DNA from: the human T2T-CHM13v2.0 reference genome, Homo sapiens
Assembly (NCBI RefSeq): GCF_009914755.1
Contig: NC_060926.1
Reading direction: 5' to 3' (one strand)
Length of the DNA: 64,000 nucleotides
Positions within the stretch are counted from its first letter, which is position 1; the number at the start of each line of letters is the position of its first letter. The notes under the pieces were generated by a model that worked only from the letters and a program-made list of their open reading frames with translations, did no database searches and was not told where the DNA came from. This document shows, in pieces, positions 13,075 to 24,204 of this stretch. Both the position numbers and the translations under genes were made by a program.

Positions 13075-15236
13075 CAGAAGTACCTCAGAGATATTATGGG
13101 TTCAGTTCCAGACCACTGCAACAAAGCAAACATTACAATAAAGTGATTCACACAAAGTTTTTGGTTTCCCTGTACATATAAAAGTTATATTTGTATTATG
13201 TTGTAGTTCATTAAGTGAACAACAGCACTATGTCTAAAAAACAATGTACATACTTGAATTAAAAATACTTTATTGCTGTAAAATGCTAACAATCATCTGA
13301 GCTCTCAAGAAGGTGAAATTGAACAGCTGATGGAATAAAATTTCTTGTTAGTAGAGAGTCTTGCCTCAATGTTGATGGCTGCTGACTGATCAGGGTGGTG
13401 GTTGCTGAAGGTGGCCATGATAATTTCCTAAAATAAGATATTCTAATGAATTTAGTGTATCAATTGACTCCTCCTTTCATGAAAGATTTGTCTGTAGCAT
13501 GTGATGCTGTTTGATAACATTTTACTCACAGTAGAACTTCTTTCAAAATTGTAGTTAGTCCTTTTAAACCCTGCCACTGCCTTATCAGTTAACTCCTGTT
13601 AATGTTGATATTTTTAACCTCTCCTATGAATCACGTGTGTTCTTTATGACGTCTAGATTGGTAAATCCTTTCCAGGAGGTTTTCAATTCACTTTGCCCAG
13701 ATCCATCAGAAGAATCACTATTTATATCAGCTATAGCCTTACAAATGTTTTTGTAAATTATAGGACATGAAAGTTAAAAATACTGCTTGATCCAGGGGCT
13801 ACAGAATGAATGTTGTGTTAGCAGGAATGAACAACATCCTTGTACACCTCCATCAGAGCTTTTGGGTGACCAGATGCATTGTCAATGAGCAGTAACACTT
13901 TGAAAGGAAATTTTTTCTCTAAGCAGTAGTTCTCAACAGCGCACTTAAAGTATTCAGTAAAACATTCCATAAACAGATGTGCTGTCATCTAGGCCTTGTC
14001 ATTTCATTTATAGAGCACAGGCAGAGTAGATTTAGCATAATTCTTAAGGGCCCTAAGATTTTCAAAGGGGTAAATAAGCATTGATTTCAACTTAAAGTCA
14101 CCAGCCGCATGAGCCCCTAACAAGAGAGTCAGCCAGTTCTTTGTAGCTTTGAAGCCAGGTATTGATTTCTCCTCTCTAGCGACAGCTGTCCTGGATGGCA
14201 TCTTTTCCCAATAGAAGGTTATTTCATGTAAACTGTTTGGTGTAGCTACCTTCATCAATGATCTTAGCTTGAGCTTCTGGGTAACTCACTGCAGCTTCTT
14301 TATCAGTACTTGCTGCTTCAAGTTGCACATCTGTGACATGGAGATGATTTCTTTCCTTAAACCTCGTGAATAAACCTTTGCTAGCTTGAAACCTCTTTTC
14401 TACAGCTTCTTCACCTCTTGCAGCCTTCATAGAATTAAGAGAGTTAGGGTCTTGCTGTGGATTAGGCTTTGGCTTAAGGGAATGACGTTTGTATACAAGA
14501 AAATCACCTAACAATGCCTTTCTCAGAATGAATTCCTGTCATTAAATGGGGCATGACTGTAATTCTTTCTACTACACCAGTAGAAAACAAAATAAGCCTG
14601 TTTTGTTTTCTTATCAGTCATGTGTTCACTGGAGTAACACTTTCAATTTCCCTCCAGAACTTCTCCTTTGCCTTCACAACTTAACTATTTGGTGCAAGAG
14701 GCCTAGCTTTCAGCCTCTCTTGACTTTCCACTTGCCTTTCTCACTAAGCTTAATTATTTCTAGCTTTTGATTCAATGTGATGGATGTTTAATTCTTTCTT
14801 TCACTTGAATACTTAGAGGTCATTTTGGGTTATTAAGTGACCTAATTTCAATGTTGTTGCATCTCAGGGAATAGAGAGGTCAGAGAAGAGGAAGAGAGAG
14901 GAACAGCCTGTTGGTGGAACAGTCAGAACATAACATTTATTAAGTTTTCCATCTTATATGGGTGTGGTTCTTGGCACTCCAAAACAGTTACAAAAGTAAC
15001 ATTGAAGATCACTGATTATAGATCACCATAACAGATATAATAATGAAAAAGTTTGAGATATTGCAGAAATTACTAAAATGTGACACAGAGACATGAGGTG
15101 AGCCCACGCTTTTGAGAAAATGGTACAAACAGACTTTCTGGACACAGAGTTGTTATAAACCTTCAATTTGTAAAAATAAAAATGCAATACCTATCAAGTG
15201 CAAAAGAGTGAAGCACAATAAAATGAGGTATACCTG
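13075..15236 (-). mobile_element. Near full-length Tigger1 DNA transposon
   Basis: TIRs CAGAAGTACCTC...GAGGTATACCTG with TA at 13073-74 and 15237-38; pogo-type transposase remnants. Confidence 0.95.
14004..14480 (-). pseudogene. Decayed Tigger1 transposase fragments
   Basis: ORF track: [14 protein letters not shown] (CENP-B-type HTH) and [44 protein letters not shown] (start of DDE domain); frameshifted. Confidence 0.9.
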
Positions 15237-15402
15237 TATTTCTTCTAATTTTTGTTAAAAGTTCTTCAAAATCCCACAGTTCAGCTCATATTTGGCTTCT
15301 AAGGTTGCTATAAACTATTTCCAGTTGAAAAGAATGTAGCCCGATTTCTCTTGTTCCTCTTTTCTCCCCCATATTACATTCACCTGTACCTGTGAATCAC
15401 AA

Positions 15403-15450
15403 GTGTGTGTTTGTGTGTGTGTATGTGTGGTGTGTGTGTGTGTGTGTGTG
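15403..15450. repeat. Imperfect (TG)n microsatellite
   Basis: Direct reading. Confidence 0.95.
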
Positions 15451-17044
15451 GAGGGGTGGGAAGGAATAAGGAAGGAGAAGTTCTGCCTCTTAACCTATTG
15501 GAAAGTGGTGGTGAACTGAATTTGTGGTCCTTCTTATCTAAAAATTTTTGCTCCTTCATCTATCTGTGGCTCCGCAGCTGGTTTCCAAATGTTTTTCTTC
15601 TATATCATCTTTTTTCCTTTGGGTGTTCTAAAAGGGGCCTCTCTTTGTGCATTTCCTTGGTCATATGGCTCTATTGAGACTCCTGCCTCTTCCCTCCCAC
15701 TCCACTGTGAATATTTCTTTTCTCCCCACACCCCCAACTCCACAGATAGGAATCCATCCCCTATTGCTTTGGGCTTGGTGTGCATCCATTTCAGTGGGCC
15801 CTCTCTTGAAGATGGTCTTAAGCCTTGGCAACCTTGCATGGTACACTTGTACATGTACATAGTTTTCCTACTCTGAGTATTTGAAATGCCTTCCCACCAG
15901 AAGAGAGAAAGAGAATAATTTGATGACTTTAGATATTGTTATAATCACATCTTCATATTACCATGTTAGTAATCAAGAGTTAGTATTAGACTTGGAAGAA
16001 TATATTAAGCTTGGATGAATACATTGCTGAAAAATTCCACATTATGGCCACCACTGGATTTCCCAAAATGTGCTCTGAAAAGAGAGTGTTTTCCTAGTCA
16101 TTCTTACCTGTTATCTCTATAATTAATCTGCTTATTAATATTTGGACATGTTTTCTTCTTTTCTCTTCCCTTTAGGACTTAAGGGGGTACTTTTGGAAAG
16201 AAGAAGCAAAGCCTAAGATAACGTTCCAGTGGTTATGAATGTCTCTGTTCTTGTTGTGACAGTTCTGGGAGTTTGGGTTCAAGTAGAAAGTTACAGTCTT
16301 TTTCATATAATTATACAAACTCTGCCCTCAAAACGTTAGATATTGGGGATGAAAAGACACCGCGAGACAGAAGTCAGAAATGCACTAATTCTTACTACCT
16401 GTGCTGCATCATTTTTGCCTGTCTTTATAGATTCTAATAATTATAGCCCATAGCACCACCTTGACTGACACTTGAAATATATTGCTCTTCATTTAACCAG
16501 CAACTGAGATCTAGTTCTGAATGTTCATTGGAAAAAAATAACTTTGAATTCACTGATGCTCAATATTTATCAAAAGCTTAACTAATTTTAAAAATATTTT
16601 AGGGAGATTACCTGATGGATACAGGTCTGTCTCTTTTTCTAGACACTCCAAAATCTATCTCTAGATGAAGCCAGGTTACAGGAGAGCTGGGTACACACAC
16701 TAATGCCGTGTTTTGACTCCCTATACAGTTGCTTGTTTCTAAATGACATCATTTGGTTCTATTGACTGATGGATGATGATGTGGGAAAAACACCCTTCTG
16801 AAAATTGGTGCTAGAATTCTTGGAAGGTATTATTGAAAATTTTGTCCTCTTTGCAAGGACCCATGGAAAAACTTACCCTGTAATCTATCAAGAATAATCA
16901 TCTTTGTAATTCCACCTCCACATGGTAAAACTGTTCCTCAATTTGTGTGATGATAGTCTTTTCAGCCTGTGCTTAGGGAGTCCCACAGGGCCTCTCCTGC
17001 TCCTGCTAACATATATTGCTGCCAGTCTACTCTAAGAAGAAGGC

Positions 17045-17560
17045 TATCTTAGATGGAACCCCCAGAAGCTAACCCTGAGAAAAGCTTCAAGAACAAGCGA
17101 TTTTTTAAAGAAGTCTTTGCAAGAAAAACTGGTTCTTTACCAGTTTTTTCTTTACCCACTTCTTTAGTGGGAGAAGAAGGAGAGGGGAATGGAAGAAGCC
17201 AAGAAAAGGGACAATTTTAGGAAAAGCAGGATCATTTCAGCTTGCTCCTGCAGGAAAGCTGTGGAATATAAATTAAGTCCTGTAACTTTACTTGAAGCAA
17301 GGGAGCTGAGTTTTCATGCTCCTATACCAGTTAGGGACTGGAAAAGGCTGCCTGGTGAGAATGAAAAGTCTAGGCACTTCCAGCTCTGCCAAGTGGCTCC
17401 ACTAGCTACTAGCTCAACAGCAAGTCCCTGAAGAGAGATGAAGATGCCAACTCTGAAAAGCAAAGCAAAAAAAAAAAAAAAAAAAAAAAGGAATGGGGCA
17501 CCAGAAGGAAGTGTGCTAAAGGAATCCCAGAGGACCCAGGCAGAACACTGACAATATCTG
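17045..17560 (-). mobile_element. Old ERVL-type LTR remnant
   Basis: TCTTAG...CCCCCAGAAGCTAACCCTGAGAAAAG resembles an LTR67/LTR79-type end. Confidence 0.45.
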
Positions 17561-18065
17561 CTTTGCGGACTATAATTAAAACTGACTACACATCTTCCCC
17601 TAAGAATATCAGGACCAATTCCATCATGTATTACATTTGTCTCTTTTAGGTTATTCCCGGAAAAATTTTTTTACCAGCATATTTTCTATGCATCTCCTAA
17701 TATGACTCAAACTTGTATACTTCCCCAACCACTCCATGACCGTTCATTGTTCCTCTGGAACTTGGCAAACATCCCTATATCTCCAACCTTATCCTTCACC
17801 ACAGTCCTCTAATTTATACTTATTTCTCAGTATGAAACCTGTCACCCCTGAGAGTTCCGGTTTCTCTGAAGCCTTTTCAAGGATGGCTGTCATTTCCCCC
17901 AGACTTGGAGAGGGAGCAGGGGTTCTCCTGGCTCCATATTGTCAATTTGGGACCGCTTCTTCCATTCTTCTACTCCTGAAAAATCCCTGATTCCATAAAT
18001 GGCATTCCATTGGACTTGACCACCTTCAGTTCTTCCTTGTTATAATTTTCTTCTGATCTCTTAGT

Positions 18066-18228
18066 TCATTGGTTCTCAAACATGGCTGGACTGACTTTTT
18101 TGTTTTTGTTTTTAAATTAATGCCTGGGTCCTAACCTTAGGGATTCTAGTGTGGTTAGCCTGGGCATTAAGACTTATAAAAGCTTCCCGAGTGATTCTAA
18201 CATGCAGCAAAGTTTCAGAGCTAGTGTC
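18066..18228. mobile_element. MER5A-like MITE
   Basis: TGGTTCTCAAAC...AAAAGCTTCCCGAGTGATTCTAACATGCAGC. Confidence 0.75.
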
Positions 18229-18334
18229 TTAATCATTTCTTCTCATTTGTTGAAGAATTTTAGCACCCGTTTCTCTTTAACAGTAAATAGTCATCATTCT
18301 CATTGATTCCAGTGCCCATGTTAATCAATTATTC

Positions 18335-19015
18335 TCTACTATATCATACTCAATACCGCCCCATGACAAATATAATTTTCCCTTTACTATCTTGAAATAA
18401 ATTTCATAGATAATATCATCTACCAGCATGCATAATATTTAAAAGTCAATATAATTACCTAATTATGAGAAAAAAATGTATAATAATATATACTTTACTA
18501 TGTGACTGCTCAGTAAAACTATACCAGAAGACATAAACAAATAGCAATCTGCTTGCAAATATATAGAAGTGCAGACTGATGTGGTCATATTATAATGGAG
18601 AATTAAATACTATGCCATCAGTAATATAATTTTCTGAAATAATAAATTTCTTTGGTAAATTTCCAAATAAATTAATACAACCTTCCTTTGATTTACATAT
18701 TATTTGCATTTATGAAAAATGTATATTAAATCTTTGAAACTATACCATATGTAAATTAGGTTCCAACCTCAGATAAAAACTGGCAATTTTTTCCCCCAAT
18801 TATATGAATGCCCAGTGAGCCCTTTCAAAATCTTCAGGACATGGAGCAATTCTTTAATTGGGACCATCCACAATATAGAAGGACTTCTGGCATTCCTTGT
18901 TTCTACCCACTAAATGTCAGGGGCATGCTCCCAATTATTATGAAAGCTAAAAAGAGCCTCACAAATTTCTAAAATACCTTGAATGGGGAGGAATTATCAA
19001 ATTGAAAATCACTGA
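18335..19015. mobile_element. hAT-Charlie remnant (MER20B-like end)
   Basis: CTACCCACTAAATGTCAG...CAAATTTCTAAAATACC...TTGAAAATCACTG terminus. Confidence 0.5.
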
Positions 19016-19120
19016 CATTGACTATTCACAGCCCCTCAGGCCTCTGAGTTGCCAAATTTCCCTGATCCTGTTACCTCATTAGCCTCTCCTTTTTTGGATC
19101 CTCCTGTCTTTCATGAGCTG

Positions 19121-19555
19121 TGTATCAGTCAGTCCCATCAGGTTTAACCAGGGGCTTAGAGTTTTACTTAGGGGCTCTTTAGAGAATAGCTTAGTGTATA
19201 GGTTAGTGGAAGGAGTAGAGAATGGTGAAGCACCTGGGGGTTAGTATCAGCAGGAAGCTGTTACCATCCTGAGGCCTGATGGTGCAAGGGAGGAAATGCT
19301 GTAATTGGAACTGGAGAAAGACCTCAGAATCATAAGAAAAGAGGCTCATGCACAGGAGTAGGAACAGCCATGTTTGCGGAGAGGTGGAAAGTGGGGTAGC
19401 TAAATATTCATGATTTGTTTTCCACTTGCTAATCTACTGATGATGCTGTCTGTTTGCTGATTTCTAAGAAGAAGGAGGGAAGGGATGAAGGTCTGTAGAG
19501 TTCAGCCTCCTGGGGCACAGAGCAGAGAAGAAAACAGTGGAGAATGGTTTGAGGG
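19121..19555 (-). mobile_element. ERVL LTR, LTR41-like
   Basis: ATGGTGAAGCACC...CAGCAGGAAGCTGTTACCA..AGGCCTGA..GCAAGGGAGG. Confidence 0.65.
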
Positions 19556-19557
19556 TC

Positions 19558-19671
19558 TAGCATGGCAAACTCATCCAGGTTTGCCTAGGACTCTCTTGTT
19601 TTAGCACACACAGTTCTGAATCTAGGAAAGCTCCACAGTCCTGGGCAAATTGGAATAATTGATCACGCTAG
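19558..19671. mobile_element. MER81-like hAT-Blackjack MITE
   Basis: About 114-bp quasi-palindrome: GTTTGCCTAGGACT...TTTTAGCAC...AGTCCTGGGCAAA. Confidence 0.7.
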
Positions 19672-19832
19672 AGGAAATTTTTTTGCAAAGAGAAAAATAA
19701 ATCACCGACCTCTGAATGTTGAAATGCCCCTAGGACTCAGCCCTTAGATACGATCTCTTCAGTATCTACACTCTCCTCCTATAATCTTATCTAGTTATAT
19801 CTAAAATTTAAATGAATATTTATATACTATTA

Positions 19833-20244
<412 letters not shown>

Positions 20245-22364
20245 TTAGATATCTGGTAGGCATGTCAAAATTAATGTTTTGACTTTGCTTCCTAAACCTG
20301 CTTCTTTCCTAAATATCTTCCTCTCAATAAATTACTTATTTATCTCATCACTTATTTACTCCAGATTAAAAACTGAGGGGTCTTCCTAGATGCCTCTTTT
20401 TTCTTCACACTCCACATCTAATCCACGTGCAAGCCTTCTTTGCAATACATCTCTCACCTCCACTGGTATCACTCTTGTCTTGGCCGCCGCATTCTCTTAT
20501 TGCCGCCGCATTCTCTTATTGGAATAACTTTGTACATCATCTTCTTGCTTCATCTCTTGCCAGCCCACAGGCCATTCTCCATATACAAGCTACAGGGATT
20601 CTTTTAGTATATAAATCAGATTATATCTTTTTTTTGTTTAAAATCTTCAGTTGCTTATTGTCAACCAGAATGAAATCTACTTTATTCATGTCTTTGCTCA
20701 AATGTCACCTCCTCAAAGATGTTTTTTTTTTGACTGCAGAATCTAAAATAACTATGCCTTGTATTTAAGTTACCCTGTATTCCATACCTTAATTTGCTCC
20801 TATCATTTATTATTATCTGGTATTACAGTATAGGTTCTTTTATGTATTATTTGCCTCCTTCACTAGTATGCAAACTCCAAAAGACAGGAATGGTTCAGCA
20901 CTATACTGATAGCTTTTGTTTTATTTTATTTTATTGTATTTTTGCAGTTTAAGGATTTTTTTTCCAACTTTTATTTTAGATTCAGGCGATACATGTGCAG
21001 ATTTGTTATCTAGTTACATTGCATGAAGCTGAGGCTTAGAGTGTGGATGATCCTGTCACCCAGGAACTGAGCATAGTACCCAATAGTTTTTCAACCCTCC
21101 CCCCAGCTTCCCTCCATCTTCTAGCAGTCCCCACTGTCTAATGTTATCATATTTATGTTTATGAGTACCCAATATTTAGTTTCCACTTGTAAGTGAGAAC
21201 ATGTGGTATTTGGTTATCTGTTTCCGTGTTAATTTACTTAGGATAATGGCTTCCAGCTGCATCCATATTGCTGCAAAGGACATGTTTTTTTTATGGCTGT
21301 GTAGTATTCCATGGTCTATGTGTACCACATTTTCTTTATCTAGCACATTGTCGATGGGAACCTAGGTTGACTCCATGTCTTTGATATTGTGAATAGTGCT
21401 GTGATGAACATGCCAGTACCTGTGTCTTTTTGGTAGAAGGATTTGTTTTCTTTTGGATATATACCCAGTAATGCGATTGCTGGATGGTGGTTCTGTTTTA
21501 CGTTCTTTAAGACACCTCCAAACTGCTTTCCATAGTGGATGAACTAATTTGCATTTCCACTATCAGTGTGTAAGTGTCCTCTTTCTCCGCAGACTTGCTA
21601 GCATCTGTTGTTTTTTGACTTTTTGATAACAACCATTCTGACTAATGTGAAATGGTATCTCATTGTGGTTTTGCTTTGCATTTCTCTAATGATTGGTGAT
21701 GTGGAGCACTTTTTAAATATGTTTGTTGGCTGTTTGTATGTCTTCTTTTGAGAAGATGTTCATTTCTTTTGCTCATTTTCAATGAGGTTACTTTGTTTTT
21801 TGCTTGTTCAATTGTTTAAGTTCCTTATAGATTCTAGATATTAGATCTTTGTCAGATGAATAGTTTATGAATATTATCTCCCACTCTGTAGGTTGGTCTG
21901 TTTGCTCTGTTGATAGTTTCTTTGGCTGTGCAGAAGCATTTTAGTTTAATTAGGATCCATTTGACATTTTTTTGTTTGTTTTTATTGCAATTGTTTTTAA
22001 GGACTTAGTCTTAAATTATTTTCCAAGGCTGATGTATGGAGTTATGTTTCCTAGGTTTTTTTCTAGGTTTAAAAATTTTTCTCTGCTTTATTTTTTGAGA
22101 AAAAGCTTTTTAGACTTCTTTTGAAATCGATGGCACTGACCTCATATTAAAGTTTGACCTTCAAAGGCAAATGAGGTGGTGGTTATGTTTAAATGGGGAA
22201 AGTCCAAGGGTTTGATGGCTGTGCAGAAACTGCTATGCATGTTCAGATATTTCCATATAATTTAGGCAAGATTGGAGAAGAGAAAGAAAACTGCATGGCT
22301 TTTCTAAACAATAGCAATTTTTTTGTAGTCTCTTTTTAATTTACTTGTTTGGGTCAGAGAGGGG

Positions 22365-22610
22365 ATGTAGCGTGCTGGTTAAGGGTACCAACCTAGGAGT
22401 CTGAATCAGTTCTTGGATTTACAAGCTCTGTGACCTTGGGCAAGTTACTTAGCCTCTCTTTGCCTATTTCCTCATCAGTAAAATGAAGGTGATAAGAGCA
22501 TATACTTCACAGAATTATTGTGAAGATTAAGTAAATAAAAATATTAAAATGCTTAGAGTAATACTTGACATATTATACATGATTCATGTGTGAGCTATAT
22601 TATTACTATC
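22365..22610 (+). mobile_element. Near full-length MIR inside the captured segment
   Basis: CTGTGACCTTGGGCAAGTTACTTAGCCTCTCT...TTTCCTCATCAGTAAAATG. Confidence 0.92.
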
Positions 22611-22849
22611 TGTAAAATACCATCAACTCTCCCTTCCAAACTGCCTTTGTAAATACAACATTCCTGAGAACATGTGTCTTATAAAGTCATGCTACATTAT
22701 GCAATGTTAAATACATATTTTCTTGTACATCAAGGAAAACTGACAGGCCTTGAGGTTGACTTTATAGTTGGAAAGTGTCCCTTCTATCACCTTCTAGAAT
22801 TCTTATAGTTTGAAGTCTTACATTTAAATCTTCAATCCATCTTGAGTTT

Positions 22850-23141
22850 TTTTATTTTTTAATTTTATTTTTTTGAGACAAGGTCTTGCTCTGTCTCCCA
22901 GACTGAAGTGTAGTGGCACAATCTTGGCTCACTGCAACCTCTGCCTCCCAGGCTCAGACGATCCTGCCTCAGCCTGCTGAGTAGCTGGGACTTCAGGATG
23001 TGCCACCATGCCTGGCTAATTTTTGTAGGGACAAGGTTTTGCCATTTTGCCCAGGCTAGTTGAACTTCTGGACTCAAGTGATCCGCCTGCCTTGGTCTCC
23101 TGAAATGCTGGTATTAAAGACATGAACCACTGTGCCTGGCC
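22850..23141 (-). mobile_element. AluJ inserted in L1
   Basis: Diverged antisense dimeric Alu (CAGGCTCA.., CTGGACTCAAGTGATCC); GAGTT duplicated at the flanks. Confidence 0.9.
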
Positions 23142-24204
23142 GAGTTAATTTTTGTATGTGGTGAAAGGTTAGGGGTCCACTTTCATTCTTTTGCATATGG
23201 CTCACCAGCTATCCCAGCACCATTTATTGAATAAGGGATCCTTTCCTCATTGCTTATTTTTGTCAACTTTGCCAAAGATCAGAAGGCTGTAGGAGTGCAG
23301 CTTTACTTCCCAGTTCTCTATTCTCTTCCTTTGGTCTATATGTCTGTTTTTGTACCAGTACCATGCTATTTAGGTTACTGTAGCCTTATAGTCAGGTAGT
23401 GTGATGCCTCCAACTTTGTTCTTTTTGCTTAAGATTACTTTGGCTATTTAGGCTCTTTTTTGGTTCCATATGAATTTTAGACTAGTTTTTCCCAATTCTG
23501 AGAAAAATTACGTTGGTAGTTTGAAGGAAAAAATGTTGAATCTGTGGATTGTGTGAGCAATATAGCCACTTTAATAATAATGATTCTTCCAGTCCATGAG
23601 CATGGAATATTTTCCATTTGTTTGTGTAACCTATTATTTCTTTCAGAAGTATTTTGTAGTTCTCTTTGTAAAGATCTTTCACCTCCTTAGTTAGATGTAT
23701 TTATAGGTATTTTATGTGTGTGTGTTTGTGTGTGTGTGTTTGTATACTCATAAAGGGATTGTGTTCCTAATTTGGTTCTCAGCTTGAATGTTCTTGGGGT
23801 CTAAAATGCTACTAATTTTTGTGTATTGATTTTGATTTTATGTCCTGAAACGTTCTTTACTGCACTCATTTATAAGTTCCAGTAGCCTTTTGATAGATGG
23901 AATCTTTAGGTTTTCTAGGTATAGAATAATATCACTTGTGAAGAGAGATAGCTTGACTTCTTTTCCTATTTGGATGACTTTTATTTATTTTTCTTGTCTG
24001 ATTGCTCTGGCTGATAGCTTTTAGATCTGTACTTTCACCTTTCATACAGCACTCAAGGACTATTTGTTGAGTAAGTGAGATAATGTTATTTTTAAAATTA
24101 TAACTATAAGTTGTGAAACAGACTTCATTTCCTTCTTTCTGTGGGATGCTATCAAATCTGCACAGATAAATTTTTTGCATCTCTTTAACAAAGATATTGT
24201 GCTT

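Larger units (their letters stand above)
20955..24015 (-). mobile_element. L1PA15/16-like 3' portion, interrupted at 22067-22791 and by an AluJ
   Basis: 3'UTR at about 20955 followed by collinear antisense ORF2 (ORF 23482-23682 [15 protein letters not shown]). Confidence 0.9.

Noticed and set aside
14004-14514. Domesticated TIGD-like gene
   Set aside because: Frameshifts, stops and a foreign patch inside a TIR-bounded Tigger1
16150-16290. Strong-looking plus-strand acceptor TTCCCTTTAG at 16175
   Set aside because: No convincing downstream donor or recognisable frame; such tracts are common in AT-rich DNA
12219-17489. Isolated A runs at about 12219-12239 and 17468-17489 as retrocopy tails
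   Set aside because: No TSD or recognisable upstream retrocopy body
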